Of a stretch of 64,000 bases of DNA, positions 46,540 to 55,475 are shown one piece after another. Position numbers and translations under genes: made by a program. The DNA is from a virus, in IMG/VR virus record IMGVR_UViG_3300028831_000155, positions 6,725 to 70,724 of that record. One strand, given 5' to 3'. Each line of letters begins with the position of its first letter. The stretch's first letter is position 1. Below the pieces are notes generated by a model. That model saw only the letters and a list, made by a program, of their open reading frames with translations. It was not told where the DNA came from and searched no databases.

Positions 46540-47466
46540 CGTCAGTCCTTTCGCTTTAGCCCATTCCTGAGCGGCCAGTGCCGCCGCCCTATTGCCCCGA
46601 GCATGACGCAGGACGGCCCACTTGGCGATCTGCGCCCAGAAGGTGATGTCGCAGGCCTGCGCCAGACAGCCAGACGGTTGCGGCGCAGGGGTCGGTGTGG
46701 GGAGAGGGATCGGGAGATCGTGGCCGGTGAGGCTCTTGAAGGCCGCGGCCAGTTTGGTCGAGTCAATGCCGGTCAGGAATTGGGTGGTGCCGAGGTTTTC
46801 GGGCCAGACCACCACCCATGCCTCCTCGACCAGATGTGACCAGAAGCCATCGGTGAAGGAAGTCTCCTTTGCCCACGTGATGAACTTCTCGTCTGAGCCC
46901 GGCGTCGAGGGGTTATAGCCGCCAGTCTCCACCGAGTGCCCGCCTTCAATCCCGGCGTTGGGATGGTAGTCCCACGGCCTGCCCGCATCGAAGTCATCCA
47001 TGTTGGCGTTCTGGACGTTGATGCCGACCCAGATATGGCCGAAGATCGCCATCGCCGCGGCGGCTTCCTGCGGATTGGTGTAGTCCACCTTGGCGAACGC
47101 AATGGCCTTGACGCCATCCGGGCCACCCTTGCTGACGAGGTACTCCAAGCAAGTCTGGATGTCCATGCCATTGTCGTCGTTCGGAAACTGCGGGTTCTGG
47201 GTCTTATAGACCTCGATCACGTCGCTCTGGCTCGGATAGTTCTCCTTGCCTCCCAGCAACGCGGTCATCAGGCGGCGCTGGTTGGCCCACGTGACGGCCA
47301 CGCAGTCGCCCCAGCGGTCGTTTCCAAGCATCGCCCAGCCAGACAAACGGCCTAGATAGTCGGCCGAGGCTGGATGCTCGGGCACCACTCCTGATAAAAA
47401 CTGAGAGAGCCGCAGTGCAGGAGCATTCTTGGGTGGGCGCCGTCCGAGTTTCACGTCAGGCATCAA
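46537..47466 (-). CDS. putative papain-like cysteine peptidase
   Basis: GDCVAVTWAN (Cys region) and IEGGHSVETGGYN (GGHxVxxxGY His region) resemble the C1-peptidase catalytic dyad; 309 aa. Confidence 0.35.
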   Translation of the reverse strand: MMPDVKLGRRPPKNAPALRLSQFLSGVVPEHPASADYLGRLSGWAMLGNDRWGDCVAVTWANQRRLMTALLGGKENYPSQSDVIEVYKTQNPQFPNDDNGMDIQTCLEYLVSKGGPDGVKAIAFAKVDYTNPQEAAAAMAIFGHIWVGINVQNANMDDFDAGRPWDYHPNAGIEGGHSVETGGYNPSTPGSDEKFITWAKETSFTDGFWSHLVEEAWVVVWPENLGTTQFLTGIDSTKLAAAFKSLTGHDLPIPLPTPTPAPQPSGCLAQACDITFWAQIAKWAVLRHARGNRAAALAAQEWAKAKGLT

Positions 47467-47832
47467 AGGCTCCTTACATGGAAAGACTCGCGGCTGATGT
47501 GGGCGATTCAGTCACGAGTCCTGCCATTCACGGCAACCGATACTGCAGATGGTGCTGCGGGCCGCCGCTATTCAAGGGGAGGGCTTGCGGGTCCTCGCAA
47601 GGGATAATTGCTGCCCAACTGCCCGCTCGCTCGCCGCAAGCCCTCTAGGGAGACTCCGCCTTGCGGCGATTGCCCGAGCCATCCCTGTTTCTAATGCGGC
47701 GCCACGAGTCAGATTAGGAGTTTTGCGCCTTCGCTTTTAGCAAAGAACTCCGTGGGCCGAACCCGCTCGCGCCGCGATATCACCTTAGCGACTGGACTCA
47801 GTAGAGTCAAGCCTTTTCCTACGATAGCCTTC
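47467..47832. other. 366-nt structured noncoding spacer inside the late operon
   Basis: Nested inverted repeats GGGCTTGCGG...CCGCAAGCCC, CTTGCGggtcctCGCAAG and GGAGTT(23 nt)AACTCC; no ORF. Confidence 0.3.
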
Positions 47833-48321
47833 CTAGGTCTCATCGTACGAGACACTCGCTATTTCCTGTGTCCAGTTGCCGGGTCCGCAGGTTGCGTCAA
47901 CTTGCAACTGGAAGACGAAGTACTTGGTGGTGGCGTTGGTCGCCGAGTACGACGCCGAGTCGAAGGTCAGTTTGTTGCCCGCGGTGAAGTTGACGAAGGT
48001 CGTGTTGGCGACCGTGCTGGTCGCAGTGGTTGGAGTGGCCCCAGTCACATAGGCGCCAGTCACCATCAGCGTGGTGCTGGTTTGTACGGCGCCGTCACCC
48101 CAAATCTTGAAGTTGGTCACCGCGTTGGCGGGAGCGGTGTCCACCTTCATCTTGAGCCACTTCTCGTAGGAGTTGGTGCCGACCGTGATCGGGTTGGCTT
48201 GGCGGTTGCCAAGCGTGTTGGTGGCGTTGTCGGCCGACTCCAGATCAATACCTGTGACTACGGCGGATTCGGTTCCGGCTGAAGCGCCGGTATAGACCCT
48301 GAACGAAAGACTAGCGGCCAT
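47833..48321 (-). CDS. hypothetical structural protein
   Basis: 162 aa, Thr/Ala-rich, directly downstream of the portal gene. Confidence 0.4.
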   Translation of the reverse strand: MAASLSFRVYTGASAGTESAVVTGIDLESADNATNTLGNRQANPITVGTNSYEKWLKMKVDTAPANAVTNFKIWGDGAVQTSTTLMVTGAYVTGATPTTATSTVANTTFVNFTAGNKLTFDSASYSATNATTKYFVFQLQVDATCGPGNWTQEIASVSYDET

Positions 48322-48338
48322 GAGATATCACATTTCTC

Positions 48339-49736
48339 CTACGCTGGACCCTTGGATGCGGCGTTGGCTGGAGCCTGTGGGCGCGGCTGGCTCACCCCAT
48401 TTGCGGGAGGGTTGGATGGTGCCGCGGCGGCGGCCTTCTTGGATAGACCCGCCATATCGGCAGGTGTTGGAATGTCATCGGCCTTGCCCGTCAAGCGGAC
48501 AATGCCGAGCGGGGTGTTGGCGATCAATTGGTTGAACGGGTTTTCTGGATCGTTCACATCACCGATTGGCTCGCGGCCCGCGTCAATCAGAGCGGCATTG
48601 ATGGTCAGGTACGGCATACCCGCCAGAGCGATCTTGTTGATGGTGGCCTGCGCGGTGGACTCGCGGATGGTCAGGCGCGGGAAGCGGAAGGCGAGATTGT
48701 TATCGGGGCCGCCGAAACTGTGGTGCCAGACGTACTGCTGGGTTAGTTCGTCTTGGATCAGATCGGCAAGGGGCCGCAGACCACGGTCCTCGGACAGATC
48801 GACCTGCGTATCGGAAGTAGAACGGTTGATGTCGAACAGCAGGCCGAGGTCTTGGATCGACAGGCCGAACACGATGGCGAACTGGCGCACCAGCCATTGC
48901 TGGTACTCCAAGAACTGCATGTCCTTGTTGGTCGGACGGAACGCGGTGTAGCCGGGATTCTTGCCGCCCGCGGTGATGGCAAGCGCCCCAGACGACTGCA
49001 GGTCTTGGTAGAACTCTGACTTGAACCGCTCACGGTCATCGGGCGTCACGCCCTCGCCCAGATGTAGCAATCCATCAGGAATCGGGAAGTCGATCAGGCG
49101 CCGGTTGTAATCACTGGCCGCCATCTCCGAGACGACCACATCACGCAGCACTTCCAGCGGCGAGACACCCAGCACGGTGTAGGTGCTGGGGTTCTGCATC
49201 ATGTAACTCATCTGGGAGTTCTTCCATGACGTGCCGTGATATTGGCCGTCTGGATACCAGAAGTAGCGCGGCTCGTTGCGATCCGAGCCATCCCACGTGG
49301 TCGAGACACGCACCTTGGCCGCATCTACTGGATGAATCTGGACCAGATCGCGGAAGCCGTCCTCTACGCCCTCCGATACGCCCGCATCCAGCGTCATCAG
49401 GTCTTCGATGATGGGGGTGATGAAGGCTCGGAAGGAGCGCTGCGTGTCATTGGGATGCGCGAACAGATCGGTGATCTTGGCGGCCAGACGCTTGGAATAG
49501 GGCCGGTTCACGTCGAATGGCCCGATCTCGAAGTCTGCTGAGGCGATCTGGTTCTTGCGAATGTCGATGGCGCCGCGAATCCACGGATTACTTCTGGTCC
49601 ACGAGCGATAGCCATTGACATTGGTCTTGAAGGCACGGTTCTGGGATACGGCGATAGACGCCAGCGTGGACGGGCTGCGATCAACCGCCTTGGGGGCGAT
49701 GGCGCGCTGCAGCCATTGGGTAACAATTCCTGCCAA
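48339..49736 (-). CDS. portal protein
   Basis: 465 aa immediately after the large terminase gene; HK97-type portal-like composition and size. Confidence 0.65.
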   Translation of the reverse strand: MAGIVTQWLQRAIAPKAVDRSPSTLASIAVSQNRAFKTNVNGYRSWTRSNPWIRGAIDIRKNQIASADFEIGPFDVNRPYSKRLAAKITDLFAHPNDTQRSFRAFITPIIEDLMTLDAGVSEGVEDGFRDLVQIHPVDAAKVRVSTTWDGSDRNEPRYFWYPDGQYHGTSWKNSQMSYMMQNPSTYTVLGVSPLEVLRDVVVSEMAASDYNRRLIDFPIPDGLLHLGEGVTPDDRERFKSEFYQDLQSSGALAITAGGKNPGYTAFRPTNKDMQFLEYQQWLVRQFAIVFGLSIQDLGLLFDINRSTSDTQVDLSEDRGLRPLADLIQDELTQQYVWHHSFGGPDNNLAFRFPRLTIRESTAQATINKIALAGMPYLTINAALIDAGREPIGDVNDPENPFNQLIANTPLGIVRLTGKADDIPTPADMAGLSKKAAAAAPSNPPANGVSQPRPQAPANAASKGPA

Positions 49737-49740
49737 CGCC

Positions 49741-51294
49741 TTACCTCATTCCAAAGTGATTGGACAGCAGTTGCCGCATTTCACGCTTGATAAGGTCCGA
49801 TTCTTGGCTCTTGGCGGCTGCCGCGATCTTCTCAGGTTCTACGGGCTTGGGGCCGTGTGCGATTTTCACATCGCTGGGACGTATCACGCTAAAGGAAAAA
49901 TCACCGCCACCGAGGTCCATGGCGAAGCCCAACGAGTCCACGAAGTCGTCATGGCCTCGGTTGAAACTGAGCAGTTCGCGCTCGAAGTCACTGCCACGCA
50001 GTGAAACGTGGTGATAGACCTTGTGAGCCTCGTATCGCGCGGCCACGCCTCGGCCGCGGGTGGTCTTGTCGGTATCGGTCTTCTTGGGGCTGACCGGGAT
50101 GCGCGGATAGTCCCGCATCAGTTCTTGGACCAGAAGCGTCTGCGCCTGCACCGCCTCGACCTTGACCAGCGAGATTTGGGGGAAGGCCTGATAGCCCGCG
50201 TTCACGAAAGCGGCGTGGCCGCCCTCCATCTTGTCGCGGTAAGCACTCATCACGAAGAAGTCGCCGGTCCGATTCTCAGCCACCACTACCCGCGCGGTGT
50301 AGTCGGCGCGCTCGCGGGTGCTCATGGCGAGGTCTACGCCCATGCGGTAGGTGTACTCGCCCTCCGGCAGGACATCGAAGTACTGGAACCACTCGGCGCG
50401 GAAGATATTGCCCTCCAGCAGGCCGGTGATGTCGTTGAGGTAGGCGCACGCGAAAAGCGGGCCGCCCATGTTCTCCTTCATTTCCAGCAGCTTGGATACG
50501 GGCCACACCTCAGGCCAGTACGAGAACAGGTTGCCTTCTCGCTCGATCAGGGCTGAGGTGATGCGGTGCCGCCAGCCGCGGCCCTTGGGCTTGGGCTGGA
50601 TCAGCATTTGGTACAGGTCGTCCTCGGCCCACGCGGTGCCGATGACCAGAATCACGCCCTGATCCGAAAGACACGGGTACAGCGTCTTCCACATCCACTG
50701 GTTGACGCGCTCACGCTGCTCGGGAGTGGCCGAGTTCTCGTCGTCAATCACGTCATCGAGGATCACCACATCGAAGCGCTTGGATACGACCTGCCCGCCC
50801 ACGCCTCCGGCGAACATAGTCACGTCCTTGGAGCCTTCCCAGCGGCTTCCGGCCCGCAGCCACGTGGCATCGGTCCACTTGGTATCGGACACCAGATGGC
50901 CGAATATCTCCCTGAAGCGCTCGTTGCGCTCTAGGGTCAGCCGAATACCACGGCTCATGTCGAAGGCGCGCTCGGCGGTCTTGCTGAATAGGCCGATGCG
51001 GATATTGGGCCGTTTGGCAACGAGGTAACTGCCGAGGATGGTGGTCACCCACGTGGTCTTGGCACCACCGCGCGGCTCCATATCAACCGAATCGGTGTGA
51101 GTATCTATACCCTCAAGGCAGAACTCCACCATCTCGCGATGGTGTTTGGCGGGTTCGTAGCCGAATACGTACTCGCCGTACTTGAAAACGTCATTCGGCG
51201 CCTGAAACCTCAGAATCAGGTCCAGCGCTTCTCTGGCTTCCTCCGGGCTCAACGAGTCGGAGTCGGGAGGCTCGTTCGATCCGTTCGATGGCAT
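49741..51294 (-). CDS. terminase large subunit
   Basis: GGAKTTW Walker A-like and VVILDDVIDDE Walker B motifs; C-terminal nuclease-like region; 517 aa. Confidence 0.75.
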   Translation of the reverse strand: MPSNGSNEPPDSDSLSPEEAREALDLILRFQAPNDVFKYGEYVFGYEPAKHHREMVEFCLEGIDTHTDSVDMEPRGGAKTTWVTTILGSYLVAKRPNIRIGLFSKTAERAFDMSRGIRLTLERNERFREIFGHLVSDTKWTDATWLRAGSRWEGSKDVTMFAGGVGGQVVSKRFDVVILDDVIDDENSATPEQRERVNQWMWKTLYPCLSDQGVILVIGTAWAEDDLYQMLIQPKPKGRGWRHRITSALIEREGNLFSYWPEVWPVSKLLEMKENMGGPLFACAYLNDITGLLEGNIFRAEWFQYFDVLPEGEYTYRMGVDLAMSTRERADYTARVVVAENRTGDFFVMSAYRDKMEGGHAAFVNAGYQAFPQISLVKVEAVQAQTLLVQELMRDYPRIPVSPKKTDTDKTTRGRGVAARYEAHKVYHHVSLRGSDFERELLSFNRGHDDFVDSLGFAMDLGGGDFSFSVIRPSDVKIAHGPKPVEPEKIAAAAKSQESDLIKREMRQLLSNHFGMR

Positions 51295-51739
51295 CGTTGT
51301 CTAGTCCTTGGAAGGCATGGAGGTTGAGAACACCTTTTCTCTCCTCCGTGCGGGCCGTGGGCTGGCCGATGATGACGCGGACCAATTTGGAGATCAAGTC
51401 GAACTCGCGCACGCTGATCGGGGTCTTGCCCGCGGCGATCTGTTCTTCCCAGACCGGGACCTGCTTTTCAACGAGGCCGAAGACCTGATCGGCGATCTTG
51501 AGCATTGCCATGTTGCGCTTCGCCAGATCGACCGCACCCGAGTCGGCCATGAGGTCGTACGCCTTGGAGGACAGCGAATTGCGGTAGGCGTCGCGCTTGG
51601 CGTCCCAGCCACCCTTCTTCGCCTCGCGGCTGACAGTCGAGACGTTGATCTCAAAGCGGCGCCCGATCTCGCGCATCGAGTACTCGCCGGTCACGTACTC
51701 GGCCTCGATACGAGCCCAGTCCATCGCTTTTCGAGACAT
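51191..51739 (-). CDS. terminase small subunit (HTH)
   Basis: N-terminal HTH (YSMREIGRRFEINVSTVSR); located upstream of the large terminase gene. Confidence 0.5.
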   Translation of the reverse strand: MSRKAMDWARIEAEYVTGEYSMREIGRRFEINVSTVSREAKKGGWDAKRDAYRNSLSSKAYDLMADSGAVDLAKRNMAMLKIADQVFGLVEKQVPVWEEQIAAGKTPISVREFDLISKLVRVIIGQPTARTEERKGVLNLHAFQGLDNDAIERIERASRLRLVEPGGSQRSAGPDSEVSGAE

Positions 51740-52083
51740 CAGTCCTTCTTTCGGCGCTGGACGCTGACTAGGACCGCGATCCGGTCAGAGACGGTGCGCT
51801 TCTCAGGATGCGGCTTGGAGTAGCCGTGACGATCCCACTCCCTCTGGCGCCGTTCCTCACGATGCACTGGATCGAGCCGATAGTAGGTCGTGCCCTCAAC
51901 TACCACCTCGGCCGTCGTGAAGCGCCGACCGCAGTCCATGCAGCCTCGCCAGCGTATGCGGAGTTGCTCTGGCGCTTCGCTGTAGCCACTGGCGCGAGTC
52001 TGGGACCACGTAGAGCCGCAATATGGACATTCTGGACCACGATAGTTGACGGAGCGCCGCTTGCGCGGCCGCTTCAACGCCAC
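51739..52083 (-). CDS. zinc-ribbon protein
   Basis: CPYCGS...CMDCGR Cys4 pattern. Confidence 0.4.
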   Translation of the reverse strand: MALKRPRKRRSVNYRGPECPYCGSTWSQTRASGYSEAPEQLRIRWRGCMDCGRRFTTAEVVVEGTTYYRLDPVHREERRQREWDRHGYSKPHPEKRTVSDRIAVLVSVQRRKKD

Positions 52084-52262
52084 AGGTGCTTGCGTCGCTT
52101 GGCCCTCGTGAATTCGCGCCAGTCCAATTGGACGTTCTTGCGTTGCGGCAATTGCTCGTCTTCCGCCTGCTCAAGCATGCAGGCTGCGCATACGATCACG
52201 CCATGCACGTAATTGCCGCGCTCGATGGGCTTGGAGCAGATAGCGCACGTTAGGGACGGCAT
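52074..52262 (-). CDS. small zinc-finger protein
   Basis: CAIC...CAAC motif. Confidence 0.35.
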   Translation of the reverse strand: MPSLTCAICSKPIERGNYVHGVIVCAACMLEQAEDEQLPQRKNVQLDWREFTRAKRRKHLWR

Positions 52263-52747
52263 TGCGCCTTCCGTGCTGCAGCATAGCGCCGCATGTTCAA
52301 TCTAGCCGCATTTCTCCTGCAAATCCGGCAGTCCCTTCTACCGTCTGGATAACGATACAAGTTCAGACCAAAGAGGGCATGACCTCGCTTACAGATCACC
52401 TTGTGAGTGTTCTGATTCCCTGAACGCCGGTTATTTTCTAGGCGAGTGACTGGTTCTAAGTGAACCGGATTTACGCAGCGCCGAACACCGCATAGATGAT
52501 CGAGATGCAATCCATCTGGGATAGGACCTACCAATTCCAAGTAGGCGCGGCGCTGAGCCGTAGTCTGGACACCCCTCCAATGCGCTCGCCCGTATCCACT
52601 GGACGAAACAGCGCCAGTCCAGAGCCAGCATTCTCCAGACTTATCCACGCGCTCCCAAAATGAGAGATATTGGCGGGGAGCACAAAACACAGACCTACTG
52701 ACTCGACTATCGAGCATGGGGCTATTCGGCTTCGGTGGCAGCGCCAT
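52250..52747 (-). CDS. HNH endonuclease
   Basis: LHLDHLCGVRRCVNPVHLEPVTRLENN is a canonical HNH motif; adjacent to the terminase genes. Confidence 0.7.
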   Translation of the reverse strand: MALPPKPNSPMLDSRVSRSVFCAPRQYLSFWERVDKSGECWLWTGAVSSSGYGRAHWRGVQTTAQRRAYLELVGPIPDGLHLDHLCGVRRCVNPVHLEPVTRLENNRRSGNQNTHKVICKRGHALFGLNLYRYPDGRRDCRICRRNAARLNMRRYAAARKAQCRP

Positions 52748-53003
52748 CTTCGTCTAGCAAGGAGGGTATGTCAACCTCGTTTTGCTCTCGCGGCGCTTCA
52801 AACTTGTCGCGCCACGTCCCATCGGGGTCCATTCGCACGTCGAAGATGAATTCCTCGCAGGACGCGAAGCCTACGCTACCGTCCGTCTCGCAGAATAGGA
52901 AGCGGTCTCCGGTGACGTAGGCGTAGACCAGCACATTGCGGATTCCAGACGAAAATCGGCCTAATTCGGCGCCGATTGGCGATTCAAACGCAAATCCAGC
53001 CAT
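52722..53003 (-). CDS. hypothetical acidic protein
   Basis: 93 aa; ATGA start-stop overlap with the upstream RHH gene. Confidence 0.35.
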   Translation of the reverse strand: MAGFAFESPIGAELGRFSSGIRNVLVYAYVTGDRFLFCETDGSVGFASCEEFIFDVRMDPDGTWRDKFEAPREQNEVDIPSLLDEDGAATEAE

Positions 53004-53242
53004 TATTTCCCATTTTCGGCCGTTTTTTGCCTCCAGCCGCTATTCTGGAGTGTTTTATGCCGAGATTTAGCCTCTGAAAGCGCTTTTATGGCCCACGGCT
53101 CTGCCATTTCAATAGCGGACACCCATTCAGCGCTGAGAGCCTCGACTAAGGCCGTAGTGCTGACTCCGACCGATTTGGCCGCAGCCCGCAGATCGTCCCA
53201 CGTCTCATCCTCGAAGCGGACTGCACGCTGGATTCGAGTCAC
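53003..53242 (-). CDS. ribbon-helix-helix (CopG/Arc-like) DNA-binding protein
   Basis: RAVRFEDETWDDLRAAAKSVGVSTTALVEAL fits the RHH beta-alpha-alpha pattern. Confidence 0.45.
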   Translation of the reverse strand: MTRIQRAVRFEDETWDDLRAAAKSVGVSTTALVEALSAEWVSAIEMAEPWAIKALSEAKSRHKTLQNSGWRQKTAENGK

Positions 53243-53267
53243 GCCGCTCTTATATCACATCACGCAA

Positions 53268-53756
53268 CTAGCGCGTGCTCGTGTTCGGAAGAAGCATTCT
53301 AGGAGGGGATGCAGCGGATTCCACATCAACTGGCCACAATCCGAGGGCTGGATTCAGACCGAGGGCCGCTACGACACCACTTTGAAGGTCAACGATCCGC
53401 TCGTCTGGGGTGCCTGTGTAGCAGTCGCAGAAATCTATGGGCCTGACAGTCACAGAGCGGCCGGTCTGGACGGATGTAATCGTCAGCAAGGAACAGCCTG
53501 AGCTGTGGCGGAGCGCCCAAGTACACGCGTTGGTCGCCACTCCCCTCCCCGGTCCGTAAGTCGAGGCCATGCCGCGACCGAGCCGCAGACAGCCCGCTAT
53601 TCCTGTCGGAGTGTTGGCCGTGACTGGGATTGGGTAGCAACCGGATAACTCGATTCGTGGGCTAATCGGAGGCTCGGTGCTCCGAGATAGGACTGGTGAC
53701 AAAACCAAGGGGAAAAGGATCGCGGCGCTAGTTGTAGCGAGTAGTCTGGCCCTCAC
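53268..53756 (-). CDS. secreted RlpA-like double-psi beta-barrel (DPBB) protein
   Basis: Signal peptide; MASTYGPGRGVATNACTWAL...VTVRPIDFCDC...IVDLQSGVVAALG matches the RlpA/3D-domain pattern. Confidence 0.55.
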   Translation of the reverse strand: MRARLLATTSAAILFPLVLSPVLSRSTEPPISPRIELSGCYPIPVTANTPTGIAGCLRLGRGMASTYGPGRGVATNACTWALRHSSGCSLLTITSVQTGRSVTVRPIDFCDCYTGTPDERIVDLQSGVVAALGLNPALGLWPVDVESAASPPRMLLPNTSTR

Positions 53757-54102
53757 TAGGCGGGGTCCTCATAGCGAGTTCGGACAGAGCGGCGTCGCGC
53801 TGCGCAAGCGCCGCATCGGTCAGGCTAATCGAGTCTGTCAATATGCGGTGCTGGTTAGCGAGGAGGTTCTGCTGCTTGTCAATGACCGCGGTCTGCTTGC
53901 GCGAGAGACGAATCCACAGCAGCGATACGATCATCCACAGCACGGCGCACAGCCAGCCAGCAGCCGCCAAAACAATCAGAGCCGCGATCATAGGTACTGC
54001 TTCAAGAACAGCCACAGCAGCGCCGCAATCACCAGCACGATCACCAGCCGCACCAGTATTTCGCGCTCGCTCACTCTGAATCCCTCTTTCTATACCGCCC
54101 AA
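53728..54102 (-). CDS. membrane protein with coiled-coil tail
   Basis: TM segment (MIAALIVLAAAGWLCAVLWMIVSLLWI) followed by a helical Q/L-rich tail. Confidence 0.4.
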   Translation of the reverse strand: MGGIERGIQSERARNTGAAGDRAGDCGAAVAVLEAVPMIAALIVLAAAGWLCAVLWMIVSLLWIRLSRKQTAVIDKQQNLLANQHRILTDSISLTDAALAQRDAALSELAMRTPPSEGQTTRYN

Positions 54103-54115
54103 GGGGTCGGCTTAG

Positions 54116-54436
54116 TCACGAAGTCTCCCCCACTCCCGGCATGCCCTCAGATTTCTTAGAGGAGGATGGGGCGGCGAGTTCCCAAGGATGCTTGTTGCAG
54201 TAGGCGCATCGGGTGTGGTTGGTCTGCTGCTCGGTCCACCAGACGTGGCGGACATGCTCACCGTTCTCCCAGCCGAAGGCCGCAACCGTGAATGCCACGG
54301 CCTCATCGATGATCCGTAAGGTGAGGCGGCCTGAAGCCGAGTTGTCGCAGTAGTCAGTCACCGTTCCACTCCCGGCATGGGGGTTGTGTCGGACTTGGAA
54401 GGGAGGGAGGCGTGGCACTTGCACAAGCACGGGCAC
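54116..54436 (-). CDS. hypothetical protein
   Basis: ORF with W/H/C residues; start uncertain. Confidence 0.3.
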   Translation of the reverse strand: MPVLVQVPRLPPFQVRHNPHAGSGTVTDYCDNSASGRLTLRIIDEAVAFTVAAFGWENGEHVRHVWWTEQQTNHTRCAYCNKHPWELAAPSSSKKSEGMPGVGETS

Positions 54437-54579
54437 TCGATCCCGATGGTGCTGATCGTCCCCTTGCAGAGATAGTGCAGGTGCTTACCGCAGGCTCGCG
54501 TCAGGTCGCCATTGAGCCATCGAGGGAACTCGGGTTCTCCGAAAGCGGGCTGGCCCGGAATCCGCCGCACCATCCTCAC
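54358..54579 (-). CDS. hypothetical Cys-rich protein
   Basis: 7 Cys in 73 aa. Confidence 0.3.
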   Translation of the reverse strand: MRMVRRIPGQPAFGEPEFPRWLNGDLTRACGKHLHYLCKGTISTIGIECPCLCKCHASLPSKSDTTPMPGVER

Positions 54580-55148
54580 TCCCGATCCCCTCCTACAGGT
54601 TGGCTGGAAGACTGCCCTGCAAGGCGGTGATATTCGGCGGCGATGGAGCGCCAGTCATCGGGCCTCGTATCGCGACCACTCAGGCGCACAGCGATGTCGC
54701 GACCACCGACCCGCCGCCCATCCATGACATTGCCCCAAGCCTCTGCAACGAGACTCCAGTCCACGTCCACTGGCGCAGCGGCGGGGTCCACGATGATCGC
54801 TTTGTGTCCATCGCTTCCATCAACGACATCAAAGGTTGGGGGTGGCGCAGCGGCGGGGAGTCGGAGTGCGATTGCGTAGTCGAGCCCGTCCTTCCAGCCA
54901 GCCTCGTAGTCCTCGCTGCCTTCTCCAAGCGGCCCATCCCGCAGCCGTTCCAGCGCAGCCCTCACCGCGTCACTCGGGGCAGCGGGGTCGGTCATGCGAT
55001 GCGCCTCAGACGGCGTTCGCGGCGCTCGGCCTTTGCTGCAAGCGTGGCCGAGGTCAGGGCGGGCTTCCAATCCCAGGTATCCGCCAGATGAAGCCCGTTG
55101 ATGTCTGCTCGCCGCAGATGCCCGGACTTGTCCACGACGACTGCCCAC
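54576..55148 (-). CDS. hypothetical protein
   Basis: Likely starts at internal MTDPAAPSD... Confidence 0.35.
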   Translation of the reverse strand: MGSRRGQVRASAASRHQRASSGGYLGLEARPDLGHACSKGRAPRTPSEAHRMTDPAAPSDAVRAALERLRDGPLGEGSEDYEAGWKDGLDYAIALRLPAAAPPPTFDVVDGSDGHKAIIVDPAAAPVDVDWSLVAEAWGNVMDGRRVGGRDIAVRLSGRDTRPDDWRSIAAEYHRLAGQSSSQPVGGDRE

Positions 55149-55225
55149 TTCGGAGGTAGGAAGCCCACGATACCCACTGGCTCGCCGCCGTTCGTGATCG
55201 CTGCCATTGCTCGCACACTAGTCAT
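54992..55225 (-). CDS. hypothetical protein
   Basis: 77-aa ORF. Confidence 0.3.
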   Translation of the reverse strand: MTSVRAMAAITNGGEPVGIVGFLPPKWAVVVDKSGHLRRADINGLHLADTWDWKPALTSATLAAKAERRERRLRRIA

Positions 55226-55253
55226 CGCTTTCTCCTTCGTTCCTCATGCTCGC

Positions 55254-55475
55254 TCACTTCGGTTCCTCCGCCTTGATTCGGCGTTCAGCTACTTGGAGGG
55301 TGGGGCAGTCGCAACGCTCGACGGCGTGATTGCAGGCATCACACATGAGCCAATACTCATGGCGGCGACCGAGCCAGCCCATCCGTCTCTTGGTCGCGCC
55401 GCAAACAGAGCACCGACCGTCAGTCTTCCCCAGCGACGCATAGATGTCGGCTTTGGCCGTGATTACGGAGGTCAC
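55254..55475 (-). CDS. zinc-finger protein
   Basis: CSVCG...CDACNHAVERCDC motif. Confidence 0.4.
   Translation of the reverse strand: MTSVITAKADIYASLGKTDGRCSVCGATKRRMGWLGRRHEYWLMCDACNHAVERCDCPTLQVAERRIKAEEPK

Noticed and set aside
52263-52720. Apparent intergenic gap suggesting a tRNA or ncRNA
   Set aside because: It is fully covered by the HNH endonuclease ORF (52250-52747) on the minus strand.
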